Origin: the human T2T-CHM13v2.0 reference genome, Homo sapiens
NCBI RefSeq assembly: GCF_009914755.1
Contig: NC_060931.1
DNA length: 64,000 nt
Direction: 5' to 3' (one strand)
Shown: one piece after another, positions 26,581-37,962 of the stretch
How the letters are laid out: each line of letters begins with the position of its first letter
Numbering within the stretch: the first letter of the stretch is position 1
The notes under the pieces: model-generated
Databases searched by the model: none
What the model was told of the DNA's origin: nothing
What the model saw: the letters and a program-made list of their open reading frames with translations, nothing else
Program-made: the position numbers and the translations under genes

Positions 26581-27149
26581 AACAGCATATCCTATGTTCC
26601 AAGACTAGACCTAAACATAAAGATACCAGAGATATTGGCTGAGAAAAAAACAGAAAAGCAATCCCGTGTTCTCAGCCTCTTTTCTTTCTTCTTTCCTTTC
26701 CCTCAGACTTAGACCAGAACCTCTTTGTCGGTACAGGCAGACACCATCTGCTTCCATCCTTTCCCATGACCATGGCAAATGTTGACATTGCAAAGGCAGA
26801 TTCTGACCACGGAATTCTCATCTCTGGAGGAAGGTATCCCCATCACAGAGAGTTGTGACGAGGTTGAGAGAATGTCTCTAAGAGCCGAGTGCAGTACCAG
26901 GCAGATAGTAGGAAAAAAATGTTGGCTGCTGTTGTTTTTGCTGAAGCTGCTGTTGCTCTTACTAAAAGTAGACCTTAGCAAGCCTGTATCCTGCAGTTGA
27001 GATCCAGATAAGGAAAGCTGCTTACCTGGAATCACAAAATAGCTGGTCCCCTGACCCCTTCTTTACTTACAGGAGTCCCCGCATAGACCTCTGAACCATG
27101 GACCGCGTCTGGTGGTTGTACTGGCCACATGGCATCAAAACGTATTTTC

Positions 27150-27285
27150 ATGCAAGTCTGTCTTCCGTACTGGACTCTGAGCTCCCTAAGAGTAAATGCT
27201 TTGTCTATTTCTGTCTGTTTCCCCAGCAGCTAGCACCATGCCTTGCACATGGTGGCATCTCAATACCTATTTGTTGAATTACATG
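27150..27285 (+). mobile_element. L2 3' end
   Basis: agcaccatgccttgcacatggtggcatctcaatacctatttgttgaat. Confidence 0.75.
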
Positions 27286-28777
27286 CAAAGTAAAAAAGAA
27301 ACTATGAATATGAATTGTCAGAAGAATAGCAGCTAAGTGGAGTCCTAAGGTTTAGCCACAAGAATCTGTGCCAAGGCAATACAGATGGATTGTCTTACAG
27401 GCATCAGAGACAAAAGGGCAAAAGCTTCCTATTGTATGAAACAAATCATTTAATAAGTTTTACTGACCAGACTTGCATAAGATCATTTGGAAGAAGAGGA
27501 AAACAAGTAAAAAACCAATGTGGTAAAAACCCCTCATAGGTGTCCTTGGTAAAAGTATTCTCTGTTGTTTCAGATAGGTTTAAAGTGTTCCTCTTGAATG
27601 GTACCAGCTTCCCCAAAATTCTGTGTATGTTCTTCGTGTGTTCGGCATGTCCCCTCTTCTCTAGAAATCTTAGGTAAATGCTAACATGGGTCTAGTCTGG
27701 CCAAAGTAGCACAAATTTTGAGTATCTGATTCCTAATTAGGATTCTGCTTCTGTTTCCTTATTAGGAGAAAATGTATTTTGATTTAGAGAAATTGTATTT
27801 TGATTTAGATGTTTTCCTGAATTATTTGCCAGTTTTCAGGGGCCATCACAGAAACCTTGAGGCCTGTGGTGGTCCTACAGTTCACATAGACAGTAGTAGG
27901 CATGCATCCCCTGGGCCAGAGAAACCGGATGCGAAGGCGGCCTGCAGAGCCGACCTCAGACCACCAGAGGGTCTGATCTCAGGGCAGAGACTCAGTTAGA
28001 CTGCCTGGGATTAGGAATCAACAGATACAAAATTATACAGAGGAGCTGTTTTTCAACTTTTGTTTAGTGGCCTCCTTAAATGTAATTTTATTCACGTTCT
28101 TTGTATTCCACTAGTGTAAAGAAGTATTCTATATTAAAATATCAGTGAAGATGGCCTGGTTGTCATATGGCTTCACAAACAGAATATAATTCCGATCTTA
28201 GACATGGAGACTGCTACCCTTGGAACTTAGTGAAAAGGGCAGGGGATTCCCTATGTACGAACAGAGAGACCACAGCCTGAATTAGAAAAACCAGGACTCC
28301 AAGAATGGTCTTGAGAGACCTTTCCTTAGCCTAATTTAAATTTGCCACCTTGATATGTCATAGCCAATTATAAGCTTGGGAGGTCATTCATTCATTAACC
28401 ATTAATCTGTTCGTCAAACATTTTTATACAACGCTGAGTCCAAGGTTCAGAACAGGTGGAGGGGATGAGACATGGCTTCGTGGCCCAAGGATTTCAGAAT
28501 GTGTTTGTCTTTCTGTCTGTGTGAGATGGGGTTGGAACACGGTCAGAGCAGCTATGGCTTTAAAATTGCAACTCAGTGTGACACTTGCTATTATTGGTAC
28601 TTATGGCACTTTCTTCAATCACAAATTAGAAAGCACACGGGAGAAATACCTGCAGCAACGTGGTAAGAAACAATTAGCTTCTAAATAACATAAAAAACAG
28701 CAATGCCATTAAAGTGGACGAAGGATGAGAGAGGGCAGTTTGTAGTCAGGAAAACCTATGAGAAATGCAAATGTCAA

Positions 28778-28934
28778 GGGGGAAGGGAGGAGGGATAGCA
28801 TTAGGAGATATATGTAACGTAAATGGCGAGTTGATGGGTGCAGCACACCAACATGGCACATGTATACATATGGAACAAACCTGCACATTGTGCACATGTA
28901 CCCTAGAACTTAAAGTATAATAATAAAAAAGAAA
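28778..28934 (+). mobile_element. 5'-truncated L1PA 3' end
   Basis: gggtgcagcacaccaacatggcacatgtatac...accctagaacttaaagtataataataaaa. Confidence 0.93.
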
Positions 28935-29089
28935 GATGTCCAGCTTTACTCAAAATTTCTAAAAATTCAAACATTTACCCATTAGAGTGGTTTTAAAAAC
29001 TTTTTTAAGATACAACCTAGATCTCCATACACTATCAGTTGGAGAGCAACTAGACAATATTTACTAAAATGTGAACTGTTTCGACTTTC

Positions 29090-29800
29090 AGTGTAGACCG
29101 TATTATTGTTCCCCATGTTTCACAGCCCCTCCCTGTAAAAAGATCATCCTCCACCCCATGGCCATGTGGCCTGCAGGGCCTCTGTGGAGATACAGACTCA
29201 TCCCTGCTCTGTTGGGACCAATGGGATGCGTCTTGGCCAACAGCATGACATGGCCATGTGGCCTGCAGGGCCTCTGTGGAGATACAGACTCATCCCTGCT
29301 CTGTTGGGACCAATGGGATGAGTCTCGGCCAACAGCATGAGAGTGGACATGAACTGCACCATGTCCAGGACATTTTTTAGTTATGCAAATTATTTTTGGT
29401 AATATTTATTTTTAATTTATTTTTTATTGAGGTAAAATATACATATATAATGTATATATAAATATATATAAATAAATTATATGTATGTGTGGGTATATAT
29501 ATATAATTTACCAGTTTTACCATTGGAGTGGTAACAAATACATTTATATTCTTTTCTCCCCCTTCATCGTGCATTTCTGCAAGCCCCCCTTGCTCATTTC
29601 CTTTTGTTGTGAGCTCAGCCTGTTCCAGATGAAGGCTGACCTTTCAACCAGGATCCTAGAAAGAAGACGCATCCTGGAGGATAGCCCAGCAGAGCACAGC
29701 CGGGCTGCTGCAGACCTGGTTACCAGGACGCAACATTAGCGGAAAGTCAGCTTCCTTGTTTCACACCATTGAGAGTCAGGAGTTATGTGTTTGAAACCAC
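29090..29800 (+). mobile_element. Old MLT1 (I/J-like) LTR carrying an internal 92-bp duplication, interrupted by an L1 3' fragment (~29375-29560, -)
   Basis: MLT1-like motifs ttggccaacagcatgagagtggacatga and gctgctgcagacc...ccattgagag. Confidence 0.5.
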
Positions 29801-29879
29801 AAGATTATTTCATGAACGTTGACTATAAAACCTTTTTGAAACAGCAACTGCAGTGCTACCAACTAGCTTAACGACAGAT

Positions 29880-30740
29880 GCAGTCTTACCCGTGTGCAAA
29901 GATATATGTAAGAGGTTTTTCAGCAACACTGTTTTAAGATAGCAGAAAATGAAAGGAAACAACCTAAATATCCACCAGTAGACAGACAATGGACTCAATA
30001 AATTATTATATTTCCATATGATGGGATACTATGCATCTCTTCAAAAATGAAGTTTTACAACTTTTAAAAATTATTTACATCATTGTATATTATAGTATTA
30101 ACCCTTCTGCTACTAGATGTTTTCGCTTAACCTTATAATCTTCATGTTGGCCCATGTCGATAGGTGTAGATCTACTAATTCATTCTGCATGCTCTATAAT
30201 ATTCTGCCATGTGAGTAACTGCGTTTTATTCATTTAATCTCCTGCTAATGAGTAGCTGAGTAATTTCCCATTTGTGACCTGTACATAGTTGCTGTTAGGA
30301 ACAATCTTCTGCCTGCCTTCTTGTGCACAGGTGCAGAGGATGCTCTGAGATGTGTTCCCAGGAGTGGAGCCCGCAGGTCATACGCATGAGCATCTTCAGA
30401 TGTCATGGATATTGCTAAGCTGTTCTCCAGAGTGGCTGTGCCCACTGACACCCCCAACACGGCTTCACCCTCTTGTAGTGGCCAGACTAGATGTCAAGAC
30501 CGTACCAAATATGTTACATTGAGACATGTCATATCATACTATATATGGCATGTATATTATTATGAATACATAGCCATGTGGTAGAAATATCTTTTAAATA
30601 TGCAGAGAAATGATCAACATTAACTTCAAAATGATGGTCACTTCTGGGACGAGAGAGGACTGGGATTAGGGAAGGAATGCAAATGACATCGTAGCTATTT
30701 GTTATGTCTTGGTTTTTTTTGTACTCAACACTACTTATTT
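29880..30740. mobile_element. Old L1ME/MC fragments in both orientations
   Basis: ggaaacaacctaaatatccacc (+) and attgctaagctgttctccagagtggctgt (-). Confidence 0.65.
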
Positions 30741-30759
30741 ATTATTGTTTTCCCCATAT

Positions 30760-33700
30760 TCTTTTATTTTGTTTGGTTTGGGGCTCTTTCATTTTTATTC
30801 ATCATTAATAATTGCATATATTTATTGGGTACAATGTGATGTTATATACATATATACATTGTGGAATGATCAAATCAGGCTAATTAACATATCTGTCACT
30901 TCACGCATTTATCATTCTTTGTGGTGAAAACATTTAAAACTCCACTCTTTTAGCAATTTTGAAATATACAATGCATTATTATTACCTAGAGTCACCATGC
31001 TGTACAATAGACACCAAAAGGTATTCCTCCCGTCTAACTGAAACTGTGTACCCTTCGACCGATAACTCCCTTTTCCCCACCTGCCGCCCCCTCACTTCAG
31101 CCTCTGGTAACCATCTTTCTACTCTTTGTTTCTACGAAATCAACATTTTTAGATTCCACATATAAGTGAGATCATGTGACATTTCTCTTCCTATGCCTGG
31201 CTTATTTCACTTAGCGTAATGTCTTCCAGATTCATCTGTGTTGTCACAAATGACACAAGTCCTTTCATCTCTAAGACTGAGTAGTTCTCCACTGTGTATA
31301 TGTACCTATGTTTTAATACATTCATCTGTTGCTGGGCAGGTAGGCTGTCTCCATGTCTGGACTGTTATGAATAGTGCTGCAGTAAACATGGAAGTACAGA
31401 CAGCTCTTCAACATCCTGATTTCAATTCCTTTGGATCTTTACACAGCAGTGAGATGGCTGAATCATAGGGAAATTCTATTTTTAGTTTTTTGAGGAACCA
31501 CCATATTGTTTTATGAAATAGTTTTACTAATTTACCTTCCCCCCAGAGCATATAAAGGTTTCCTTTTCTCCACATGCTTGCCGACACTTGTTAGCTTTTT
31601 TTCTTTATAATAGCCATTCTCACAGGTGTGAGATGATATCTTATTGTGCTTTTAATTTGCATTTCCCCAGTGATTAGTGATGCTGAATATTTTTCATGTA
31701 TCTATTTTCTATTTGCATGTCTTCTTTGACAAATTCAGGTCCTTTGCCCATTTTTAATAGGGTTGTTTGTTTTCTTGCTATTGAGTAGTTTGAATTCCTT
31801 ACATATTTTGGTTATTAGCCCCTTATGTGATATATGATTTGCCAGTATTTTCAACACAATTCATGAAATGTCTTTTCACTCTATTAATTGCTTTCTTTGC
31901 TATGCAGAAATTTAGGATGATGCAATCCCGTTCACCTAGCTTTGCTTTTGTTGCCTGTGTCTTTGGGGTCCAAGCCAAGAATCATTGCCCAGACCAATGT
32001 CATGGAGCTTTTTCACTATGTTTTCTTCCAGTAGTTTTACAATTTCAGGTCTTACACTGAAGTCTTTAATCGATTTTGAGTTGATTATTGTATAAGGAGT
32101 GAGATAAGAGTCCAGTTTCCTCCTTCTGCATGTGAATAGCCAGCTTTTCCAACACCACTTATTGAAGAGACTGTCCTTTCCCCAGTGTGTGTCCTTGGCA
32201 TCTTTGTGAAAAATAAATTAACTGTAGATGAATTGGTTTATTTCTGGGCTCTCTATCCTATTCCATTGGTTGATGTGTCTGTTTTTATGTTAGTACTATG
32301 CTGTTTTGATTACTACATCTTTGTAATACGTTTTGAAATCAGGCGGTGTGATGCCTCCTGTTTTATTCTTTTTGAACAAGATTGCTTTGGCTATTTGGGG
32401 TCTTTGTGGTTGCATATGAATTTTAGGATTTTTCTGTGAAAAAAATCAATTTCCTTCTGTTTCTATGAAGAATGACTGAAATTTGGATAGAGATTGCATT
32501 GAATCTACAAATCACTTTTGGTAGTATGGACATTTTAACAATATTAGTTCTTCCAATCCATGAACAAGGGATATCTTTCCATTTATTTGTGTCGTCTCCA
32601 ATTTTCTTTCATCAATTTTTATAGTATTCAGTATACATATTTTTTACTTCCTTGAATTTATTCCTAAGTATCTTTTTCTTGATGCCATTGTAAATGGGAT
32701 TGTTTCCTTAATTTACTTGTAGATAGTTCATTGTTAGTATACAGAAACACTGCTGATTTTTGTGTTGCATTGTGTAACCTGCAGCTTTACTGAATTTGTC
32801 CATCAGTTCTAACATTCCTTTGGTGCAATCTTTATGGTTCTCTTTACAGAAGATCATGTCATCAGCAAACAGAAAAATTAACTTCTTCCTTTACTATTTG
32901 GATGACTTTTATCTCATTTTCTTGCCTAATTGCTCTTGCTAAGACTCCCAGGACTATGTTGAATAAAAGTGGTGAGAGTGGGCATCCTTGTCTTTCTCTG
33001 ATCTTAGAGGAAAAGCTTTCAGCTTCACCATGGATTTTGATGTTAGCTATGGGTTTGGCATAGATGGCCTTTATTGTATTGAGGAACATTCCTTCTATAC
33101 CTACTTGTTGACAGCTTTTATCATGAAAGGATGTTGAAGCATTTGTCAAATGCTTTTTCTGCATCTATTGCAAGGATTGCATGGCCTTCATTTTGTTAAT
33201 ATGGTGAATCACATTTACTGATTTGTGTATATTGAACCATCCTTGCATCCCACAGCTGAATCCCACTTGTTTATGATGAATGATCCTTTTTAAAAAAATT
33301 GTTTATTTCCATAGGTTTTGGAGGAATCAGTGGTATTTGGTTACATGAGTAAGTTATTTAGTGGTGATTTGTGAGATTTTGGTGCACCCATCACCCAAGC
33401 AGTATACACTGAACCCAATTTGTAGTCTTTTATCCCTCACCCCCTCCTCCCCTTTCCTCCAAGTCCCCAAAGTCCATTGTATCATTTTCATGCCTTTGTA
33501 TCCTCATACTTAGCTCCCACTTATGAGTGAGAACATACGATGTTTGGTTTTCCAATTAGTGATCCTTTTAATGTACCATTGAATATGATTTGCCAGTATT
33601 TTGTTGAGGATTTTTGCATTTATGTTCATCAGGCATATTAGACTGTAGTTGGGGTTTTTGGCGGGGGTGGGGGAGTTTGGTAGTCTCTTTGTCTGGCTTT

Positions 33701-34150
33701 GGTATCAGGGTAAGGCTGGCCTCATAAAATGAGTTTGGAAGTACTCCCTCACGTTCCATTTTTTGGAAGAGTTTGAGAAGGACTGGTATTAGTTCTTCTC
33801 TAAATGTTGGTAGGATTCAGCAGTGAAGCCATCAGGTCCTGGGCTTTTCTTTGATAGGAAACTTTTTATTATTGATTCAATCTTCTTACTCATTATTGAT
33901 CTCTTCAATTTCTTCATGATTCGGTCTTGGTAGATTATATGTTTTTAGGAATTTATCCATTTCTTCTTGGTTATCCAATTTGTTGCCATGTAATTGTTCA
34001 TAGTAGTCGCTTAAGATCCTTTGTACTTCTGTGTTATCAGCTGTAACATCTCTTTCATTTCTGATTTTATTTGCATCTTCTCTCTTTTTTTCTTAGTCTG
34101 GCTAAATTTTTGCCAATGTTGTTTAGCCTTTCAAAAAACAAACTTTAGAA
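30760..34150 (-). mobile_element. L1MA-type element (3' UTR plus decayed ORF2, ~3.4 kb)
   Basis: ORF2 peptides in the ORF track ([14 protein letters not shown] at 32862-33164; [18 protein letters not shown] at 33568-33759) and an L1MA-like 3' UTR; multiple stops and frameshifts. Confidence 0.92.
33291..33556 (-). mobile_element. L1PB-type 3' fragment nested in the L1MA
   Basis: tggttacatgagtaagtt...tgagattttggtgcacccatcacc; TGATCCTTTT duplicated at 33281 and 33560. Confidence 0.85.
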
Positions 34151-34901
34151 AAACTAACTTAAAATAGAGCAATACGGTGTGTAATGTTAAGATTTTGTAA
34201 AGCTTGCAGATATACATGCAACCATTTTCATGTTATTTTTGTCTATGTTTAAAATACGTGCTTATGTGTAAATATGACCATGTATGTGCAGACAAACATT
34301 TAAGAACATTTTAGCAACATTTAGGTTACTTCTGGGAAGTGGGGATAAAATAGATCACTGTTACTTTATTCCTTTCTTTAGTGTCTTTTAGAAACATATA
34401 TTAAGTTTATGAATTAAAAGATTAAAAGCGACTAATTCAGGCTCAGTAGCTTTTTTATTGTATGGATGAGACAAAAGACTTAAAACTATCTACACCTGTG
34501 GTTTTTTTCTCTGTAAAATATGGTTAGAAATATCTACTTTGCAGAGCTGCTGTGAGGATTTGATTAGAAATTATTCATAAAAATATCTAACAGCATGCCT
34601 TTTACTTAGTAGGCACTAAATAAATAATAATTGTTTACATTATTAATAAGAACATAAGAGATATTCTGTTTTCAAATTTATTCACCCTGAAATGTGCAGA
34701 GAAAATACTTATAGGTTCTTTATTTTTCAATAACTGATTCTTTCTTCTACTTGAGCTCCCCATGGGGGGGAAATGAATCTTAGAGCCAAGAAACTTAGTT
34801 TGACTCAATAATTTAAACTGGCATTTAAATCTCTTTTGGTAAGTGCTGCCTCTTTGGGTATAAATATGTGGACTTTCAGATCGCTGTTCCCTCACTGGGT
34901 A

Positions 34902-35089
34902 GGGGGTGCCATATTTAGCAAATAAAAATTTAAGATACTCAGTTACATTTGAATTTTAGGTAAACCACAGATAATTTTTTTGTAGTATGTCCCAAATACT
35001 GCATGGGACACACTTACAGTAAGAAAATACTTATTCTTTATCTGAGCACCACATAGAACCAGGCATCCTGCATATCATCTGGCAGCCCC
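34902..35089. mobile_element. MER53 palindromic hAT MITE
   Basis: gggtgccatatttagcaaataaaaat...agtatgtcccaaatactgcatgggacacact...atctggcagccc. Confidence 0.8.
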
Positions 35090-35719
35090 ATCTGTGGGTG
35101 AACAGAGAGGGGCACCACGTTGGGGAAAAGGGCCCTGGACTCCTGGACTTTGTGCATGGGGTAGAGACTGGATCCAGTCCTTGGGCAACAGATAGGCCTC
35201 TTCTCTGATGTCCAAGGCCAGCATGACCCACAGTCTGTGTGTCTCAGCTCATCTGGACCTGTGGATGGGCACTGGCCAGACCTTCCACCTTACCTCTCAA
35301 GGGTAGAGGACTCCTTGCATTTCTGCCACATGCTCTTTGGGCCCTGGACTAGGGTGTCCACTCTGGGGCCTCTGCAGTGAGGCCCTGAAGCCCTCAGCAT
35401 GGTGGGATCATAGCAGATTCCCTAGCTTTCAACCAGTTGTCAGACGGCCCCTCAGAAGCGTGTGGGGAGTTTTGATGATGACCGCAGGAATACTGAACTC
35501 CACCCATCCCCCTGCCCAAGATAGTGTGCATCCTTCAGCTTTGCTGTGGCCACCCCTTGTGAGTCCATGGCATCCTGGGTCCATAGCCTGAAGCAGAGCG
35601 CAAGCAGCAGCCCTGGCCACAGTGTTCCCACAGTGCATCTGTCTCCCTGGGACCACCCACTTCCCACTTCCTCTTTCTCCCTGCATCTTCCCACAATCCA
35701 CCTGAGCCAAAGGGACAGG

Positions 35720-35827
35720 CTCTCCTGGCTCTCCTGCCTCTCCTGCCTCTCCTGCCTCTCCTGCCTCTCCTCCCTCTCCTCCCTCTCCTCCCTCTCCTCC
35801 CTCTCCTGCCTTTCCTGCCTCTCCTGC
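35720..35827. repeat. 9-bp tandem repeat (CTCTCCTGC/CTCTCCTCC)
   Basis: About 12 copies, read directly. Confidence 0.95.
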
Positions 35828-35841
35828 ATGCTCTGTGCTTT

Positions 35842-36340
35842 CTCATTCAGCATTCACTCCACAAACATCCAATCGAGCACAACTCTATTCAAAACACCCT
35901 TCTCAATGCAGAAAACAACAGCAGTGAATCTGACACATTCTTGACTGTCTCGGAGCTTACATCCTAGTGCAGTAGATGAGGAGAAGGACAGCAAGCAAGT
36001 ATGCTGATCATTACATATTATAAGGTCCCAATAGCGTAGTGTGTGGTAATGAGTTCTACAAAGATCAGGAAAGCTGTGAGAATGGAGGCTGACCACATGG
36101 TCATGGAGGGGAGTTCCTTTAGATGGGATAGTTGGAGATGGCATTTGAGTAGACATTTAAATGAAGAGAAACACAGGCCATGGCAGTGTCTAGGGGCAGA
36201 GCATTTCAGGCAGTGAGAACAAGCGGCTCAGTGGGAACAAGCCTGACATGCCTCCAGCCCTGCAGGAAGGCCAGCTAGCTGGAGCCGGTGAGTGCAGAGG
36301 ACAGTGGCTAAAGTAAGGTTGGAAAAGTCACCAGGCCTGC
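35842..36340 (-). mobile_element. L2 fragment
   Basis: tcattcagcattcactccacaaacat...ggagcttacatcctagtg...ggcatttgagtagacatttaaatga. Confidence 0.75.
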
Positions 36341-37057
36341 CTCTTAATGTTTTCAAAAAGATATAGAAAATAATTCAGGGAGACTTTTTTTCTTTCTTTC
36401 TGGACTCTCCTTTTGCTAAGAAGAATCGAGAAGTCACCTGCAGAGAAAACAGATCAGGGGCCACCTGGTCCTGAGTTGGACCTTCCTTCTCACTTCTCAG
36501 GGCTGCAACATTCCTGCAGCTGGGAAGCTGCCAGCTAGTGATTCAAGGAAAAACTGAAATATAGTTTGACATTTTCAAAATATTCCTGTTACATGAATAC
36601 GTTTTTACAAGGTGTTATGAGAGACCCATTGGATGGAGTGACATCCTTCCTGGAGGAGCCAGCAGACTTAGCACTGAGGCTTGAGTAATTTATAAGAACC
36701 CATAAAGCCATCCTGGAATGTGTGTCTGTATGGTAAAAATGATGTTATGAGGATATAAACCAAATGTAATGCTTCATAGAATGATGTTTTATGGCATTAC
36801 AATAATCTGAAAATATGGACTTTGAGTTGGGTGTGTTGCAGTTAACACAGGTGCAGAGGTAGGGAGCTGTGCCTTGGCCCCCCTGCCGGCCTGGCCTCTG
36901 CCATCCCATCATTGATTACTCTTGCATGAATTCGGGTTCTCCAGGCTCCGCACGTCTATCTACGTGGCGTAAGAAAAGCCTGTTTTCTTTTCTTGTTCTC
37001 GGCTAAACTAATGGCTTCGTTTTTGTTTTCTTCCTGGCTATTCTCTACCCAACACAG

Positions 37058-37105
37058 GTCCTGGTGTTCCTATGGTGACGGTGCACAACACAACAGATAA
37101 GAAAA
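37058..37105 (+). CDS. DPP6: DPP6 internal coding exon (48 nt, phase 1-1): (G)PGVPMVTVHNTTDKK(K)
   Basis: Pyrimidine tract ending ...aacacAG at 37056-37057 and donor A|GTAAGT at 37106. The translation matches the DPP6 sequence as I recall it and joins in frame to the next exon. It contains an N-T-T glycosylation sequon. Confidence 0.96.
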
Positions 37106-37541
37106 GTAAGTGCTCTTTTTTTTCCTTAAATCTTCCTGAGACTCAGGAGAAAGGAAGCAAAACACTCTATGAGATCAGCTGGCCCACATTCTCCTACTCA
37201 GAGACAGAGGGATGAGTCATGTCCTAGCAGTTCAGAATAGGCCATGCTGATCACCAATATCAACGAAATATGATGAAAGTCAAAGTCCGCATACCCCTGC
37301 CAGAGGGCCCCACACCCCTTCACAAGTGCTGAGCCTGGAGGGTCATTCCAGGCCTACCCAGGTCATAGACTGACATCCTCTGAACAGCCAGCTCAAAAGG
37401 CTTTGTAGCCTCACATGAGTCCGTCCCCACTGAGAACCTGCCATGTGGCACCAAGACTTGAGGGGCACATGGAGGCTCATCTGTCTTTGTGGGTCTGGGA
37501 GCTTCACGGCATGGAGGGTCTCTGCATCCATGCTGCACAGG

Positions 37542-37962
37542 ATATCAGAGAAAAACTTATTCTGCCATTTGTAAAATGGTAGGGAAGGCTTTTTCAGGAC
37601 TGTTGTGAAAGGGGAGGGAGATTCAGGCTCAACTTTGAATACAGCAAGATCCCGTGGGGGTTTATAGCCAGTGACCAGAGAAAGGGGTCCGTGGATGGAA
37701 AACTGCTAAGAGAAGGCATCAGTGGGAGGCGATTTTTGCTAAGCTGACCTCACAAGATCCTTGCTGAAGGCAGGACAAGGACTTAGGCTCAAAGGTGGAG
37801 GATGAGGAACAGTTACGGAGGGTGATCAGATATCAGGGGTGGAGACCTCTTGCTAAAGCTGGGCAATGCAGGCCGAAGACAGGTTAGGATCAAGGTTGAA
37901 GCCTGGTCAAGAAGAGGACTCAGAGGAGCCTCACTCAAGTTTGGTCAAGGAGAGTCTTTGAA
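37542..37962 (-). mobile_element. MER31-type ERV1 solo LTR
   Basis: Reverse complement begins CAAAGACTCTCCTTGACCAAACTTGAGTGAGGCTCCTCTGAG, matching the MER31 5' end as recalled. Confidence 0.75.

Noticed and set aside
28920-28930. Sense-strand L1 AATAAA as an intronic polyadenylation site
   Set aside because: L1 polyA signals are weak and many AATAAA hexamers occur in this intron; no downstream element evident.
32862-33759. RT/ORF2-like ORFs
   Set aside because: Fragments of a decayed L1MA; not an intact or domesticated gene.
35452-35944. ORFs with ERQ/GRR/SCL repeats
   Set aside because: Translation of a 9-bp tandem repeat.
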